Origin: Candidatus Peregrinibacteria bacterium
GTDB lineage: Bacteria > Patescibacteriota > Gracilibacteria > UBA1369
Direction of reading: 5' to 3'
DNA: 64,000 nt
Assembly: GCA_963708185.1 (NCBI GenBank)
Contig: OY970195.1
Coordinates: 640,001-704,000, forward strand
Both the position numbers and the translations under genes were made by a program. Below the pieces are notes generated by a model. It searched no databases and was not told the DNA's origin. It saw only the letters and a list, made by a program, of their open reading frames with translations. This document shows positions 39,972 to 52,960 of the stretch, piece by piece; within the stretch, counting starts at the first letter, position 1, and each line of letters starts with the position of its first letter.

Positions 39972-40718
39972 ATGCCGTTTTTTTATGAAAAGGTGAAGCA
40001 GCTCCTGCTGGACTGCGTTTTTCCCGTTTTCTGCCTGGGTTGCAAGGCCGAAGGCAGCTTTTTGTGTCAAAAATGCCTCACAACGATTCCCGGATTCGAA
40101 GAACAGGTCTGTCCCTGGTGCTACCGCCCGAACGTGACGGGGTCACCATGCCAGGACTGCCGAAGATCGGACCGTTTCTTGGACGGAGTTCTTGCCGGAA
40201 GCAGGTTTTCCGAACGTTCGCTCCTTCAAACGGCCATTCATCATTTCAAGTATGATTTTGCCGAAGAGCTTGCCGTGCCGCTCGGGGAGTTCCTGTTCGA
40301 AAAAACTTTCCCGTTCATACCGTTCTTTTCCGGTGAACGTTTGCTCTTCTGTCCGATCCCGCTTCATCCGAAACGTCAGCGTTGGAGAGGATTCAACCAG
40401 TCCGAACTTCTCTGCCAGGTCCTTGAAAAAATGTTCCGGAATAAGGGATTCAACAATCCTCAATCGGAAACGCTGCTTGAACGCGTTCATTTTTCAACCC
40501 CACAAATGGAGTTAATGAGGAAGCAAAGGCTCGTCAACGTTGCAGGTGCTTTCCGTTTGTCGCCTCAAATTTCCAAAAAAAAATTTGAAAAAAATTCTTC
40601 CGTGTTTCTCGTGGACGACATCGCGACGACGCTCGCGACGCTCAACCACGCGGCGGGAGCGCTCAAAAAGGCAGGGTTCGGACGGGTTTACGGATTAGTA
40701 CTGGCGCGTGTTTTTTAA
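39972..40718 (+). CDS. comF: ComF competence protein
   Basis: Double zinc ribbon CxxC, PIPLH..R..RGFNQS, LVDD..TT.AT. Confidence 0.93.
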   Translation: MPFFYEKVKQLLLDCVFPVFCLGCKAEGSFLCQKCLTTIPGFEEQVCPWCYRPNVTGSPCQDCRRSDRFLDGVLAGSRFSERSLLQTAIHHFKYDFAEELAVPLGEFLFEKTFPFIPFFSGERLLFCPIPLHPKRQRWRGFNQSELLCQVLEKMFRNKGFNNPQSETLLERVHFSTPQMELMRKQRLVNVAGAFRLSPQISKKKFEKNSSVFLVDDIATTLATLNHAAGALKKAGFGRVYGLVLARVF

Positions 40719-40755
40719 TGCGCTATAATGACCTCCTTGAATTACAATCCTCCTC

Positions 40756-41871
40756 ATGGTTGTCGGCATCGACGCATCAAGATACGGGCATAAGGAAGCC
40801 ACCGGCGTGGAATGGTATTCATACCATCTCCTCAACGAACTTATTCCTCTTTTAGGACGCGAGCACAATACGGAAGTCCGTCTTTACGCTCCCGCCGATT
40901 TCAAAATCAAAGTGGACCTTCCTTTCAACGTTCGCAAACGCATTATCCCGTTCCCGAGATTCTGGACGCTGCTGCGACTTTCCATGGAAATGATTTTTCG
41001 CAGGGTGGACGTGCTGTTCGTCCCGTCGCACACTCTCCCGGTGTTCGCTCCCAAAAAATCCGTCATCACCATTCATGATGTCGCTTTCCGACATTTGAAG
41101 AGTTCATATTCGCGGTTCCAGATGTGGCTGCTCAACCGTTCGACGAAAAAAGCCGTCAAAAAAGCCTGGAAACTGGTAGTTCCCAGCGAAGCTACCAAAC
41201 AGGACCTTCTAACGTTTTACGGGTGTGACCCTGCGAAAGTCGTGGTCATTCCCCACGGGGCTCCGGAAATTCAGCCTTTTCAACGCTGGACGGAGGCCGA
41301 AATAAAAAAATACCGCGAGTTGTTTTTTCTGAGTGATCGCGACCTTTTCATCCTCTACATCGGCAGACTGGAAACAAAAAAAAATCTTCAACGTCTCGTT
41401 GAGGCTTTTGCCAGATTTTCCGTTGAGTTTCCGGGTTGGAAGCTTTTGCTTGCCGGGAAACGCGGCTTGGGATTTGAAGAAATTTGGAAAAAGGTTCTGG
41501 AACTCAAACTGGAGCAAAGTGTTTTTGCTCCCGGCTACGTGACCGAACGGGAAAAATCTTTCCTGCTCGAAAACTGCCGCATTTTTGCTTTTCCTTCGTT
41601 GTATGAGGGGTTCGGACTTCCGGTCTTGGAAGCTTTTGCCCATCGCAAACCGGTTTTGACTTCCAAGACTTCGTCGCTTCCGGAGGTCGCAGGGAAAGCG
41701 GCGTTCCTCGTAAATCCCGAAAAAGTCGAAGAGATCGGCGTGGGTCTGAAAAGACTGGCCTCGGACGGGGTTCTTGTTTCGCAGCTCATTGGAAAAGAAG
41801 AGGCGCAACTTGAAAAATTCTCATGGGAGAAAGCGGCAAATGCAACGTATGAGGTGCTCTTCGGGTTCTGA
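40756..41871 (+). CDS. Glycosyltransferase family 4
   Basis: TIHD, FPSLYEGFGLPVLEA, SSLPEV. Confidence 0.95.
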   Translation: MVVGIDASRYGHKEATGVEWYSYHLLNELIPLLGREHNTEVRLYAPADFKIKVDLPFNVRKRIIPFPRFWTLLRLSMEMIFRRVDVLFVPSHTLPVFAPKKSVITIHDVAFRHLKSSYSRFQMWLLNRSTKKAVKKAWKLVVPSEATKQDLLTFYGCDPAKVVVIPHGAPEIQPFQRWTEAEIKKYRELFFLSDRDLFILYIGRLETKKNLQRLVEAFARFSVEFPGWKLLLAGKRGLGFEEIWKKVLELKLEQSVFAPGYVTEREKSFLLENCRIFAFPSLYEGFGLPVLEAFAHRKPVLTSKTSSLPEVAGKAAFLVNPEKVEEIGVGLKRLASDGVLVSQLIGKEEAQLEKFSWEKAANATYEVLFGF

Positions 41872-41909
41872 AGGGGGAGGTTCAGCTTGACATTTTGTTA
41901 TGATTTTGT

Positions 41910-42983
41910 TTGAATGTGAAACTAAAAAGGGAATTAACCCCATTCCCAATGGACACCAAAGGTTCTCGTCATCCAGATGGTGGAGAAGCTCAAGAACTTC
42001 ATGAAGAAACTGCCCAGCCGGCAGAGCTGAATGAAGCGGTTTTTTTGAACAGGCATCAATCCGAAGTGGTTCCGGCGAGACAGTCCGTGGTTATCCCGAA
42101 AAGCATCGCTGATGTCCATCGTTCCATCGCTGAAACGGCCATGGGCGGCATTCAGGAATTATCTTCCGACGGCCCGGACTCTTCCCCTGCCAATTCCGAT
42201 CTGAGCGACCTCAAAGTATTAAGGCACGAACTGGCTAACCCGGCGACCACCGCGTTAAACGCCGTTACGATTTTACGGCGCGAGTTCAGCCGGCGGAACT
42301 TCCCTGAAACGGATCAGATATATCCGATTCTCACCATGGTTGAGGAATCGATTGAACAGATGATCGGCCTGCTGAAAAGCGCCACCAAGAGCCAATCGGA
42401 CCTGCCCCCCATGGACCCGCAGGAAAACCCTGACTTCGCCAGAATCGATTTCAGTGGATTTCTCCGGAAAATGATGGTGATGTGGCAGACTTTTGCCGAA
42501 AACGAAGGCATTGCATTTCACGGGGAGGTTGCGGATGACGTTTCGATCCGCGGTGAAAACGTCAAGACGTACGAAATCCTTTCCAATCTGATGAGCAACG
42601 CCATTGAGATCCTGAAACTTGAAAAAAAACATCGTCCGCACTCGTTTGATGCATCCCAACCCGCGATATCCCTGACGATGCGCGTTCACCCGAAAATCGA
42701 CGGGCTGGTTCAAGTTTTTATCAGAGATAACGGACCGGGCATTCTTCAGGAACACCGCGTCAAAATATTTTCCAAAGGGTTTTCCCGGAAAGCAGGCGAA
42801 GGCATCGGCCTTTGGCGTTCGAGAAAACTGGCCAGGGAAATGGGAGGGTTGTTGTTCCTCGTCAACAATGAAGAATGCGATGATTTTATAGAAGGTGAAA
42901 CCGGAAAAGGAGCGACGGCGATCTTTGAACTTCCGCTTTACCCTGAAGAGGAAGCTTCTTCGGAAGATGGGATGGAAGGTTAG
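41910..42983 (+). CDS. Orphan cytoplasmic histidine kinase (start probably 41949)
   Basis: H-box RHELANP, N-box NLMSNA, DNGPGI, F-box, GEGIGL; no TM or sensor domain. Confidence 0.85.
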   Translation: MNVKLKRELTPFPMDTKGSRHPDGGEAQELHEETAQPAELNEAVFLNRHQSEVVPARQSVVIPKSIADVHRSIAETAMGGIQELSSDGPDSSPANSDLSDLKVLRHELANPATTALNAVTILRREFSRRNFPETDQIYPILTMVEESIEQMIGLLKSATKSQSDLPPMDPQENPDFARIDFSGFLRKMMVMWQTFAENEGIAFHGEVADDVSIRGENVKTYEILSNLMSNAIEILKLEKKHRPHSFDASQPAISLTMRVHPKIDGLVQVFIRDNGPGILQEHRVKIFSKGFSRKAGEGIGLWRSRKLAREMGGLLFLVNNEECDDFIEGETGKGATAIFELPLYPEEEASSEDGMEG

Positions 42984-43585
42984 ATGAGGACTTTATAAAC
43001 AGGCCCTTTCATTTGAGGCTCCATGCTTACCTTGAGTCCGATTTCAGAACCTTTCTTGGCGATTTTCACAGGTTTACGGTTGATCTGCATGGAGTCGACC
43101 GGCTGCTGGAAAAGCATGTCGTCGGCCGTAATCTGAATGATGTCGCCGAGGCGGAGCGGTTTGGCAAGTTTGATGACCGCTACCTGGATTTTGTCGAAGT
43201 AGGCGGTGATATGTCCGATCGGGATGATTTCGACGCAGCCGGTCGGCGCTTCGTGGAGAGGTTTTTTCTGCACAGGTTCGTCGTCAACGGGGAGCAGACG
43301 TCTCATGAACGAATTTTTTTGTGATATCGTCGGCTGCGGTGACGTATGGTTCGCGGGAAATGACGTGGCCTTCGCTTTCTTAACTGCAGCTTTTCTGGTG
43401 ACGTTGGAATAAGTTTTTTCTTTGACCTTTATCGGAGCGAGAGCCCTCTGCGAATGCACGTCCAAACCCGCCTGTTTGCGATCAAGCGCGGTGAGGATGA
43501 GTTTTTGCCTGGACTGGCGAACAATGGCCTTCTTACGGAGGTATGCCGGTATTTTGAGTTTTTCCGGATCGAGGTTGTTGTTCAT
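42980..43585 (-). CDS. Protein with C-terminal EF-Tu-like/U32-C beta-barrel domain
   Basis: IGHITAYFDKIQVAVIKL..L.LGD.I...Q.V.SMQI..V..A..G..IGLK. Confidence 0.75.
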   Translation of the reverse strand: MNNNLDPEKLKIPAYLRKKAIVRQSRQKLILTALDRKQAGLDVHSQRALAPIKVKEKTYSNVTRKAAVKKAKATSFPANHTSPQPTISQKNSFMRRLLPVDDEPVQKKPLHEAPTGCVEIIPIGHITAYFDKIQVAVIKLAKPLRLGDIIQITADDMLFQQPVDSMQINRKPVKIAKKGSEIGLKVSMEPQMKGPVYKVLI

Positions 43586-43644
43586 GGCTTTATTATAGTG
43601 TGTTAGAATATTAATGACAACTTTCAGGAACGTTTCTCACCCCC

Positions 43645-45465
43645 ATGGACAATCAAAGGATTGCGCAAATTTTTCAGGAAATCGGTGATATTCTTGATAT
43701 CAACGGAGAGAACCGTTTCCGTGTTTTGGCTTATCAAAAAGCCTCGCAGAATATCCTCAATCTTCCGAGGGAGCTGCGCGACGTCTACAATGAAAATCCA
43801 AAAAAACTTGAGGAGATTCCCGGTATCGGCAAAGACCTTGCGTCGAAGATCGTTGAAATGATCACAACGGGAAAGTGTACATACCATCAGGAGCTTCTGA
43901 AAAAGTTTGATAAAGGACTTCTGGATATTTTACGAGTCCGCGGCGTCGGTCCCAAAAAAGTGAAACTGTTTTATTCCGAGCTGGGCATCGACTCAATTGA
44001 AAAACTGCGCAAAGCCGCGGAAGCGGGTAAACTTCGCGAGCTTCCCAAAATGGGCGAAAAGAGTGAGACGGAAATCCTGGCGGCGCTCAAGGACTACGAA
44101 AAACATACCGAACGCATGATGCTCTCGGAAGCGCTGCATCAAGCAAAAAAACTCGTTACCTACATGGAAAAAGCTCCGGGCGCGGAAAAGGTGCAGTACG
44201 CCGGGAGTTTGCGCAGGATGAAAGAAACCATCGGCGATATCGACATCCTGGTATCGACGAAAAATCCTTCCAGGTACACCGCGAAGATCATGGAGTATTT
44301 CCTGAGGTATCCTGAGACGGAAAAAGTACTCGCGAACGGAGAGACCAAGTCTTCGATTCTTTTGCAGTCAGGGATACAAACGGATCTGCGCGTTCTGGAT
44401 TCCAAAATTTTCGGCGCGGCCATGCATTATTTCACCGGCTCCAAAGCCCATAACATCGTGATGCGCGACCGTGCAAAAAAAATGGGGCTCAAGATCAACG
44501 AGTACGGCGTGTTCAAACTCAAGAAAGTCCGCGGGAAAAAAGAACCAGCTGAAGTTTTCCTGTGCGGCGCCACCGAAGAGGAGGTTTTCAAGAGCGTGGG
44601 CGTCCCCTACATCATTCCGGAAATGCGAGAGGACCGCGGCGAGGTTGAAGCAGGACTGAAGCACACCCTCATCACACCTATTGAACGAAAGGACTTACGC
44701 GGAGATCTGCACGTCCACAGCAAATGGAGCGACGGCACCCAGGAGATCCAGGAGGTGGCCCGCGCCTACTACGAAGCCGGGTTCGAATATTTCGCGCTCA
44801 CGGATCATTCCCCAGCCGTGACGGTGGCACACGGTTTGACCCCTGATCGTTATAAACTGCAGTGGGGAGACATCGACGAGATCAATAACGATTATGAAAA
44901 AGCTTTCACAGCAAAAAAATACGTCAAGGAACTTCACGGTTCACGAAAAGTGGTGAAGCCTTTCAAGATCCTGAAAGGGACGGAATGCGATATCATGCCG
45001 GACGGCTCGATGGATCTGCCGGACAAAGTCCTGGCCACAATGGATATCGTGGTGGCTTCCGTTCATTCACGTTTCAAGATGACCGAGGCCGAGATGACGG
45101 CGCGCGTGGTCAAAGCGCTCAAAAATCCATATGTCACAATCTGGGGACATCCCAGCGGCCGCCTTATCAACGAGCGCGAACCGTACGCCATCGACATGGA
45201 ACAAACCATCCGTACGGCCATTGAACATCATGTGGCGCTGGAGATCGACGGACAGCCGGCGCGCCTTGATCTTTTTGATTATTACTGCAAGATGGCCAAG
45301 GACAGGGGCGCGAAATTTACCGTGGATTCGGACGCGCACCATACCCTGCAGATGGAGTATCTCAACTACGGCATCGCGGTGGCGCGCCGCGGTTGGCTGG
45401 AAAAAAAGGATGTTTTGAACACCCTCCCGCTGAAGGATCTGATGAAGTACTGGGAGAAAAAATGA
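43645..45465 (+). CDS. polX: DNA polymerase X with PHP domain
   Basis: AGSLRR.KETIGDIDIL, YFTGSKAHN, GDLHVHS.WSDG, TDHS, SDAH. Confidence 0.96.
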   Translation: MDNQRIAQIFQEIGDILDINGENRFRVLAYQKASQNILNLPRELRDVYNENPKKLEEIPGIGKDLASKIVEMITTGKCTYHQELLKKFDKGLLDILRVRGVGPKKVKLFYSELGIDSIEKLRKAAEAGKLRELPKMGEKSETEILAALKDYEKHTERMMLSEALHQAKKLVTYMEKAPGAEKVQYAGSLRRMKETIGDIDILVSTKNPSRYTAKIMEYFLRYPETEKVLANGETKSSILLQSGIQTDLRVLDSKIFGAAMHYFTGSKAHNIVMRDRAKKMGLKINEYGVFKLKKVRGKKEPAEVFLCGATEEEVFKSVGVPYIIPEMREDRGEVEAGLKHTLITPIERKDLRGDLHVHSKWSDGTQEIQEVARAYYEAGFEYFALTDHSPAVTVAHGLTPDRYKLQWGDIDEINNDYEKAFTAKKYVKELHGSRKVVKPFKILKGTECDIMPDGSMDLPDKVLATMDIVVASVHSRFKMTEAEMTARVVKALKNPYVTIWGHPSGRLINEREPYAIDMEQTIRTAIEHHVALEIDGQPARLDLFDYYCKMAKDRGAKFTVDSDAHHTLQMEYLNYGIAVARRGWLEKKDVLNTLPLKDLMKYWEKK

Positions 45466-45493
45466 TGACGCAGCTTTGCAATTGCAATGCGGG

Positions 45494-46339
45494 CTAGAAC
45501 CAGCTTTTCACGATTTTAATGTCGTCCAGATGGTTTTTCCCGTCTTTCTCGGGCGTTTCAAGGATGAAGGGAATAGACTTTTGCTCTGCGAATTTGGCGA
45601 TCGCTTTAAGCCCTTTGATGCCGACTGTTCCGGCACCGATATTATCGTGACGGTCGACACGGCTGCCCAAAGGTTTCTTCGAGTCGTTGAAGTGAAAGCA
45701 GGACAGCGTATCGACACCGATGAGTTCGTCGTACTCCTTGAGTGTCTGTTCGACGCCCTTTTGTGTTGAGATGTCGTAGCCCGCGGCCCAGATGTGCGCG
45801 GTATCAAGGCAGGACTTGATGCGCGGGCTGAAAGGTTTGAGCTCCTTCCAGATTTGTCCGAGTTCGTCGAGACGGAAACCGATCTCGCTCCCCTGCCCGG
45901 CGGTGTTTTCCAGAATGTACTGGAGTCCGGTTTTCGCCGTGAGGTCAACAATTTTCTTGGCGTTCTCGATAACGTTCCTGACGGCTGGTTCGCGTTCGCC
46001 GTCCAAAGATTTCCCGATGTGGACGACCACGCCGTGTCCGCCGAGCATATGCAGACGTTCGAAATCCAGCGTAATGTCTTTGACCGCCCAGGGCACCTGG
46101 CCCGCCGGTTTGCCGAAGTTCAAAAGGTACGAACTGTGGGCCACCACGTGTTTGATCTGGTATTCTTTGCAGTATTTTTTGAACAATTCGGCGTCATCAG
46201 GATCAATAGGTTTGACCATTCTGCTCCGCGGAGACTTGGTAAAAATCTGCATGGCGTTGCAGCCGAACTCTTTTCCGGTTTTCTCGGCAGCCTGGGCGAA
46301 TCCCCCGGCAATCGACATGTGGGCTCCAAAAATCAGCAT
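45494..46339 (-). CDS. nfo: Endonuclease IV
   Basis: GAHMSIAGG, HSSYLLN, LENTAGQG, DTAH, HFNDSK..DRH, ETP. Confidence 0.96.
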   Translation of the reverse strand: MLIFGAHMSIAGGFAQAAEKTGKEFGCNAMQIFTKSPRSRMVKPIDPDDAELFKKYCKEYQIKHVVAHSSYLLNFGKPAGQVPWAVKDITLDFERLHMLGGHGVVVHIGKSLDGEREPAVRNVIENAKKIVDLTAKTGLQYILENTAGQGSEIGFRLDELGQIWKELKPFSPRIKSCLDTAHIWAAGYDISTQKGVEQTLKEYDELIGVDTLSCFHFNDSKKPLGSRVDRHDNIGAGTVGIKGLKAIAKFAEQKSIPFILETPEKDGKNHLDDIKIVKSWF

Positions 46340-46448
46340 GATTTGATTATAGGTTGGTTTTTGATCCGTGAAACCCTTGTTTGACAGCAGGCATTGACAA
46401 TTTTTATATAAGTGGTTTAATTAATGCCTAATTTTTCATTTTTATTGT

Positions 46449-46694
46449 ATGGAAATCACCAATGACCTTCGCAGCGGCGACAAAGATCCTTCCCTGCAGG
46501 AAACGATCAAACGCAGACTCACTTCCGCAGAATACCAGGAGTTTCTTCTTGATGCCGGACTGAACGAAGCCATCCTGGCCGGGATCGAGGCCAAACAGGG
46601 CGAAAGCCGCGAAGAACTCAACAGGTTTCTGCGTACACTCGGCGTGAATTTTGATCCGCACTACGTCTTCGGAAAATTTGAGCAGCGACGATAA
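46449..46694 (+). CDS. Small hypothetical protein
   Basis: 81-aa ORF behind a TTGACA promoter-like element. Confidence 0.6.
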   Translation: MEITNDLRSGDKDPSLQETIKRRLTSAEYQEFLLDAGLNEAILAGIEAKQGESREELNRFLRTLGVNFDPHYVFGKFEQRR

Positions 46695-46745
46695 TCACCT
46701 TCCGCAGTCGTTTACAGCGGGGTCTGGTTTCAGTACAATGTTGGC

Positions 46746-47843
46746 ATGAAAATTGCCCTTGTCCACGATTTTTTAGTGAAGCTCGGAGGCGCCGAACGCG
46801 TGTTGAAAATACTTGCCGACATGTATCCGGAAGCCCCCATTTACACGCTTCTTTACGATGAGGATATATGCGGAAAAGTTTTCCCCTCCTCAAGAGTGAG
46901 GCCTTCTTTTTTGCAAAAGTTGCCGAAAGCTCTGCGAAAACGACAGAAGTATCTGCTTCCTCTGATGCCGCGAGCCATCGAGTCTTTCGACCTGAGCGGG
47001 TACGACCTCATCATCAGTTCCAACAGCGCCTACGCCCACGGCATTCTGGCTTCATCATCGTCGCAGCACATTTGTTACTGCCATTCCCCTATGCGCTACG
47101 CCTGGGACTACACACACGAATATATGCAGGAACAACATGCCGGGCGTTTCAAAACCTACATGGCCAACCGGATGATTCATAATATCCGGCTGTGGGACCA
47201 GCTCGCCGCGGACCGCGTGGACACATACATCGCCAACTCCAACCACGTGCGTAAACGCATCAGAAAATACTACCGAAAAGAGTCGGTGATCCTGTATCCG
47301 CCGGTGGACACGCGGCGTTTTAAACCGCAAAAGGAACATAATAATTATTATCTGATCGTTTCGACGCTTTCGCCGTATAAAAAAATCGACCTGGCGGTCC
47401 AGCTTTTCAACAAGATCGGCAAAGAGCTCATTATTATCGGCAGCGGGTCACAGTATGAATACCTCAAGAGCATCGCCGCGTCCAATGTTCACGTGATGGG
47501 GTTCAAGGACGATGAAACCGTCAAAAAATACATGGAAGGATGCAGAGCGCTCATTTTTCCGGGTGAAGAGGATTTTGGTATTACCCCCGTCGAGGCCATG
47601 GCATGCGGAAAACCCGTACTGGCTTACGGGAAGGGCGGGACTTTGGAAACCGTTGTTCCCGGCGTCACCGGAGAGTTCTTTTACGAACCGACCGTGGAGT
47701 CGATGGAAGACGGCCTGGGGAGGATGATCATCAACGAACCGAACTACAGCCCCACCAAAATTCACAAGCACGCCGTGCAGTTTTCCACCCAGAAGTTCGA
47801 GGAAAATTTCCGAGAGTTCATCAAGAAAAACGTTTTGGCCTAG
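46746..47843 (+). CDS. Glycosyltransferase family 4
   Basis: MKIALVHD...GGAERV, YCHSPMRY, EDFGITPVEAMACG. Confidence 0.95.
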   Translation: MKIALVHDFLVKLGGAERVLKILADMYPEAPIYTLLYDEDICGKVFPSSRVRPSFLQKLPKALRKRQKYLLPLMPRAIESFDLSGYDLIISSNSAYAHGILASSSSQHICYCHSPMRYAWDYTHEYMQEQHAGRFKTYMANRMIHNIRLWDQLAADRVDTYIANSNHVRKRIRKYYRKESVILYPPVDTRRFKPQKEHNNYYLIVSTLSPYKKIDLAVQLFNKIGKELIIIGSGSQYEYLKSIAASNVHVMGFKDDETVKKYMEGCRALIFPGEEDFGITPVEAMACGKPVLAYGKGGTLETVVPGVTGEFFYEPTVESMEDGLGRMIINEPNYSPTKIHKHAVQFSTQKFEENFREFIKKNVLA

Positions 47844-47911
47844 CCATTCCAGCTTTTCGTTGCCAGCAGCCTTTTCGCTTTGCTACAATGGTGACCTGTT
47901 AAAGATTTGTT

Positions 47912-49480
47912 ATGTCGCTCTATCGTAAATACCGGCCGCAAAGTTTTGCCAATCTGGTGGGGCAGGACCACATCCGCACGACGCTCATGAACGCCCTCAA
48001 GAACGGCAAAGTGAACCACGCCTACCTTTTTACCGGTCCGCGCGGTACGGGAAAAACTTCCACGGCCCGCCTCGTGGCGAAAGCCGTAAACTGCCTCAAC
48101 CTGAAGGATGCGGAACCGTGCGAAGAGTGTGACATCTGCCGCGAGATCACCGACGGCAGGCTGATTGATCTCATCGAGATCGACGCCGCCTCCAACCGCG
48201 GCATCGACGAAATCCGCGACCTGAGGGAGAAAATCAATTTTTCCCCGACCAGAGCCAAAAACAAGGTCTACATCATCGATGAAGTCCACATGCTGACGAA
48301 GGAGGCTTTCAACGCTCTCCTCAAAACGTTGGAAGAACCGCCGGCCCATGTGTATTTCATCCTCGCGACGACGGAAGTCCACAAGATTCCGGAAACTATT
48401 TTGAGCAGATGCCAGCGTTTCGACTTCAAGAGAATCGAACTTGAAACGTTGATCGCCCGCCTCCAATTCATCGCGGAACAGGAAAAAATCGAAGCCGAAC
48501 CCGAAGCTTTGGACGCCATCGCCAGGGCAGCCCAGGGCGGGCTCCGCGACGCCATAGGTTTGCTGGAACAGCTCAGCGTCGGAGGAAAACTTACTTTTGA
48601 ACACGTCCGCGAAGTCCTGGGGATAAGCGGCAAGGCCAGCCTGGAAAAACTCTACGCTTTTTTGCAGTCCGGCGACGTTCAACACGGCATCGAAGAGATC
48701 ACGTCACTGTACAATGAAGGATACGACCTCACGCAGTTCAGTAAAGATTTTCTCGAACTGCTCAGGCAGAAAATGCTTGAACAGGTCAAAGGCGAAAATA
48801 CCGCCGAGATCGGCAAAGTTCTTGCCTGGATCGAACATTTCCAACAGGCTTACGACGGCGTGAAATACGCCACCATCCCACAGCTTCCGCTGGAAGTTGC
48901 CGTCGTGCAGTCTTGCCTTCCCTCAACTCCAGCGACACCCGAAAACAGCAGTGGAGAAGACCGCAGACACGGTTCGCTCCAATTGCATCAACCTCAACAA
49001 ACCGCCATCCAGAAGGGCGCGCCTTCGGCGACGGCTCCGCGTAAAAATGCGGGGATAGAAGCTTCGGCGGCCATGGAAACCTCGTCCAACGGGATTGTCG
49101 ACCGCAGCCACCAGACGCTCCAAAAAACCGCATTGCTTTCACTCGAAGTCCTCCAGAAGCAGTGGCCAAACGTCGTCAAAGCCATAAAAAACGTTACCGC
49201 CAAACGAACGCTGACCACCGGAAAACTTCAGTCCTTTGAAGGAAAAACCGTCCATATCGTTTTCAGCACCCAGTTTCATGCCGCCAAGATGAACGAGTTC
49301 GTCAACCGTCTGGCCGTCGAGGAAGCCCTCTTCACGGTTTTCCAGGTCCCGCTCAAGGTGGTCACTGAAGTCGACGCGGCCACCGATCAAGCTTCCAATG
49401 CGCAAGAATCGTCATCGGGACATGTCGATGAAAAGACATCGCAGCTTCTTGCGATGATGGGCGGAGAACTCATTGAGTGA
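47912..49480 (+). CDS. dnaX: DNA polymerase III gamma/tau
   Basis: LYRKYRPQSF, GPRGTGKTS, EIDAASN, DEVHML, LKTLEEPP, SRCQ. Confidence 0.98.
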   Translation: MSLYRKYRPQSFANLVGQDHIRTTLMNALKNGKVNHAYLFTGPRGTGKTSTARLVAKAVNCLNLKDAEPCEECDICREITDGRLIDLIEIDAASNRGIDEIRDLREKINFSPTRAKNKVYIIDEVHMLTKEAFNALLKTLEEPPAHVYFILATTEVHKIPETILSRCQRFDFKRIELETLIARLQFIAEQEKIEAEPEALDAIARAAQGGLRDAIGLLEQLSVGGKLTFEHVREVLGISGKASLEKLYAFLQSGDVQHGIEEITSLYNEGYDLTQFSKDFLELLRQKMLEQVKGENTAEIGKVLAWIEHFQQAYDGVKYATIPQLPLEVAVVQSCLPSTPATPENSSGEDRRHGSLQLHQPQQTAIQKGAPSATAPRKNAGIEASAAMETSSNGIVDRSHQTLQKTALLSLEVLQKQWPNVVKAIKNVTAKRTLTTGKLQSFEGKTVHIVFSTQFHAAKMNEFVNRLAVEEALFTVFQVPLKVVTEVDAATDQASNAQESSSGHVDEKTSQLLAMMGGELIE

Positions 49481-49519
49481 CGTATTGGAAACCTGTGCGA
49501 ATGATCCGTTTCGCGCAAT

Positions 49520-51592
<2,073 letters not shown>

Positions 51593-51607
51593 TTACCACA
51601 GTTTTCC

Positions 51608-52887
51608 GTGCACACGAAAGTACATCTCGACAAAAAACACATTGTCATTCTGGGCGGCGGATACTGCGGTCTTCGCGTCGCGAAACTTTTGGCGAAGAAG
51701 CTGGAAAAATATGAAGATTACCAGGTTATCCTCGTCGACAAGAAACCCCTCCATCTTTACGCCGCAGACCTTTATGAGATCGCAACGGCTTATTACCCGC
51801 AAATCAACCAGGCCTGTCTGCGGGAGCTTTCGGACAGCATCACCATCCCTTTCCCGGAAGTTCTCAAAGGAACCTCTGTCTGCTTTTTGAGAGATACCAT
51901 CGAACGGATCGATTATCCCAAAAAGTCCGTCAGGCTGAAAAATTCCGGAGAGGTGTCATTTGAATATCTTGTCGTGACACTCGGCGCGGCTTCCAACTTC
52001 TACCAGTTCCCTGGTGTTGAAGAAAACGCTTTTCCCCTGAAAACCATTGAAGACGGACTGGCTTTGGAATGCCATTTTGAGCAGCTCTTCCGCGAACGCA
52101 AAGAAAAAAACATCCACACTCCCCTTCACGTTGTGGTCGGCGGCGGGGGGTTCACCGGCGTCGAGTATGCCTGCGAACTTCCCGGTTTTATCAAAAAATT
52201 AAGTAAAAAATATTCGTTCGATCCCCTGGAAGTCAAAATACAGGTCGTCCAGAGCGGATCAGAACTGGTTGGCTCGGACAGGCCGTTTCATCATTCACCA
52301 TGATGCGCTTCGAAAAACTCGGCGTTGAAGCGTTCTGCGACTCACGCATCTGCGGTTACGCCGATAACAAACTGGAAATCATGGCCAAGGACGGCTCGAA
52401 TAAACGTCAGATTCCAGCGGACGTTCTGATCTGGACCGCCGGCATCATGCCCAATCCGCTGCTCAAAAATTTTCCGGTCCTGCACGAAAGCGGTTGTCTG
52501 GACGTTGAACCGAACCTTGAGGCGACACACTATCCGAAAGTGTACGCCGGTGGCGACAATGCAGCGGTTTTCGACATGCAACACCATGGCATGCTGCCAA
52601 AACTCGGGGAAATTGCAGTCCAGGAAGCTCCGGTCATCGCCTATAACATCTGGGCGGACATCGCAAAACAGCCCCAGAAGGCCTTTGTTCCGAAATTCAA
52701 GGGATTCATCATCTCGCTGGGAGGCAAGTTTTTCCTTTACCATAAAGAAAACAGGACCTTTACGGGATTCATTCCCTGGATCAAACGGCGCATGTTCGAC
52801 CTGTGGTATTTCTCCTCCGTGCTTCCTCTGAAAAAGGCCATCCGCAAATGGTGGAAAACCGAGAATATTTTCCTTCAGAACGACTAG
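51608..52887 (+). pseudogene. ndh: Type II NADH dehydrogenase-like flavoprotein, split by a 1-bp frameshift near 52270
   Basis: GGGYCG and GGGFTGVE in the first ORF; IWTAG and YAGGD in the second; adding one base restores ELVGLGQAVSSFTMMRF. May be a sequencing error. Confidence 0.85.
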
Positions 52888-52960
52888 GTTTTTGCTCTTT
52901 GTTGACTGGTAATTCCAGTTTTTTTGTGCTATAATTTACAGATATTCTCAACGTGAACGT

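Noticed and set aside
47912-49480. Programmed dnaX frameshift
   Set aside because: No A-AAA-AAG slippery site with a downstream stem was noticed; the ORF is continuous.
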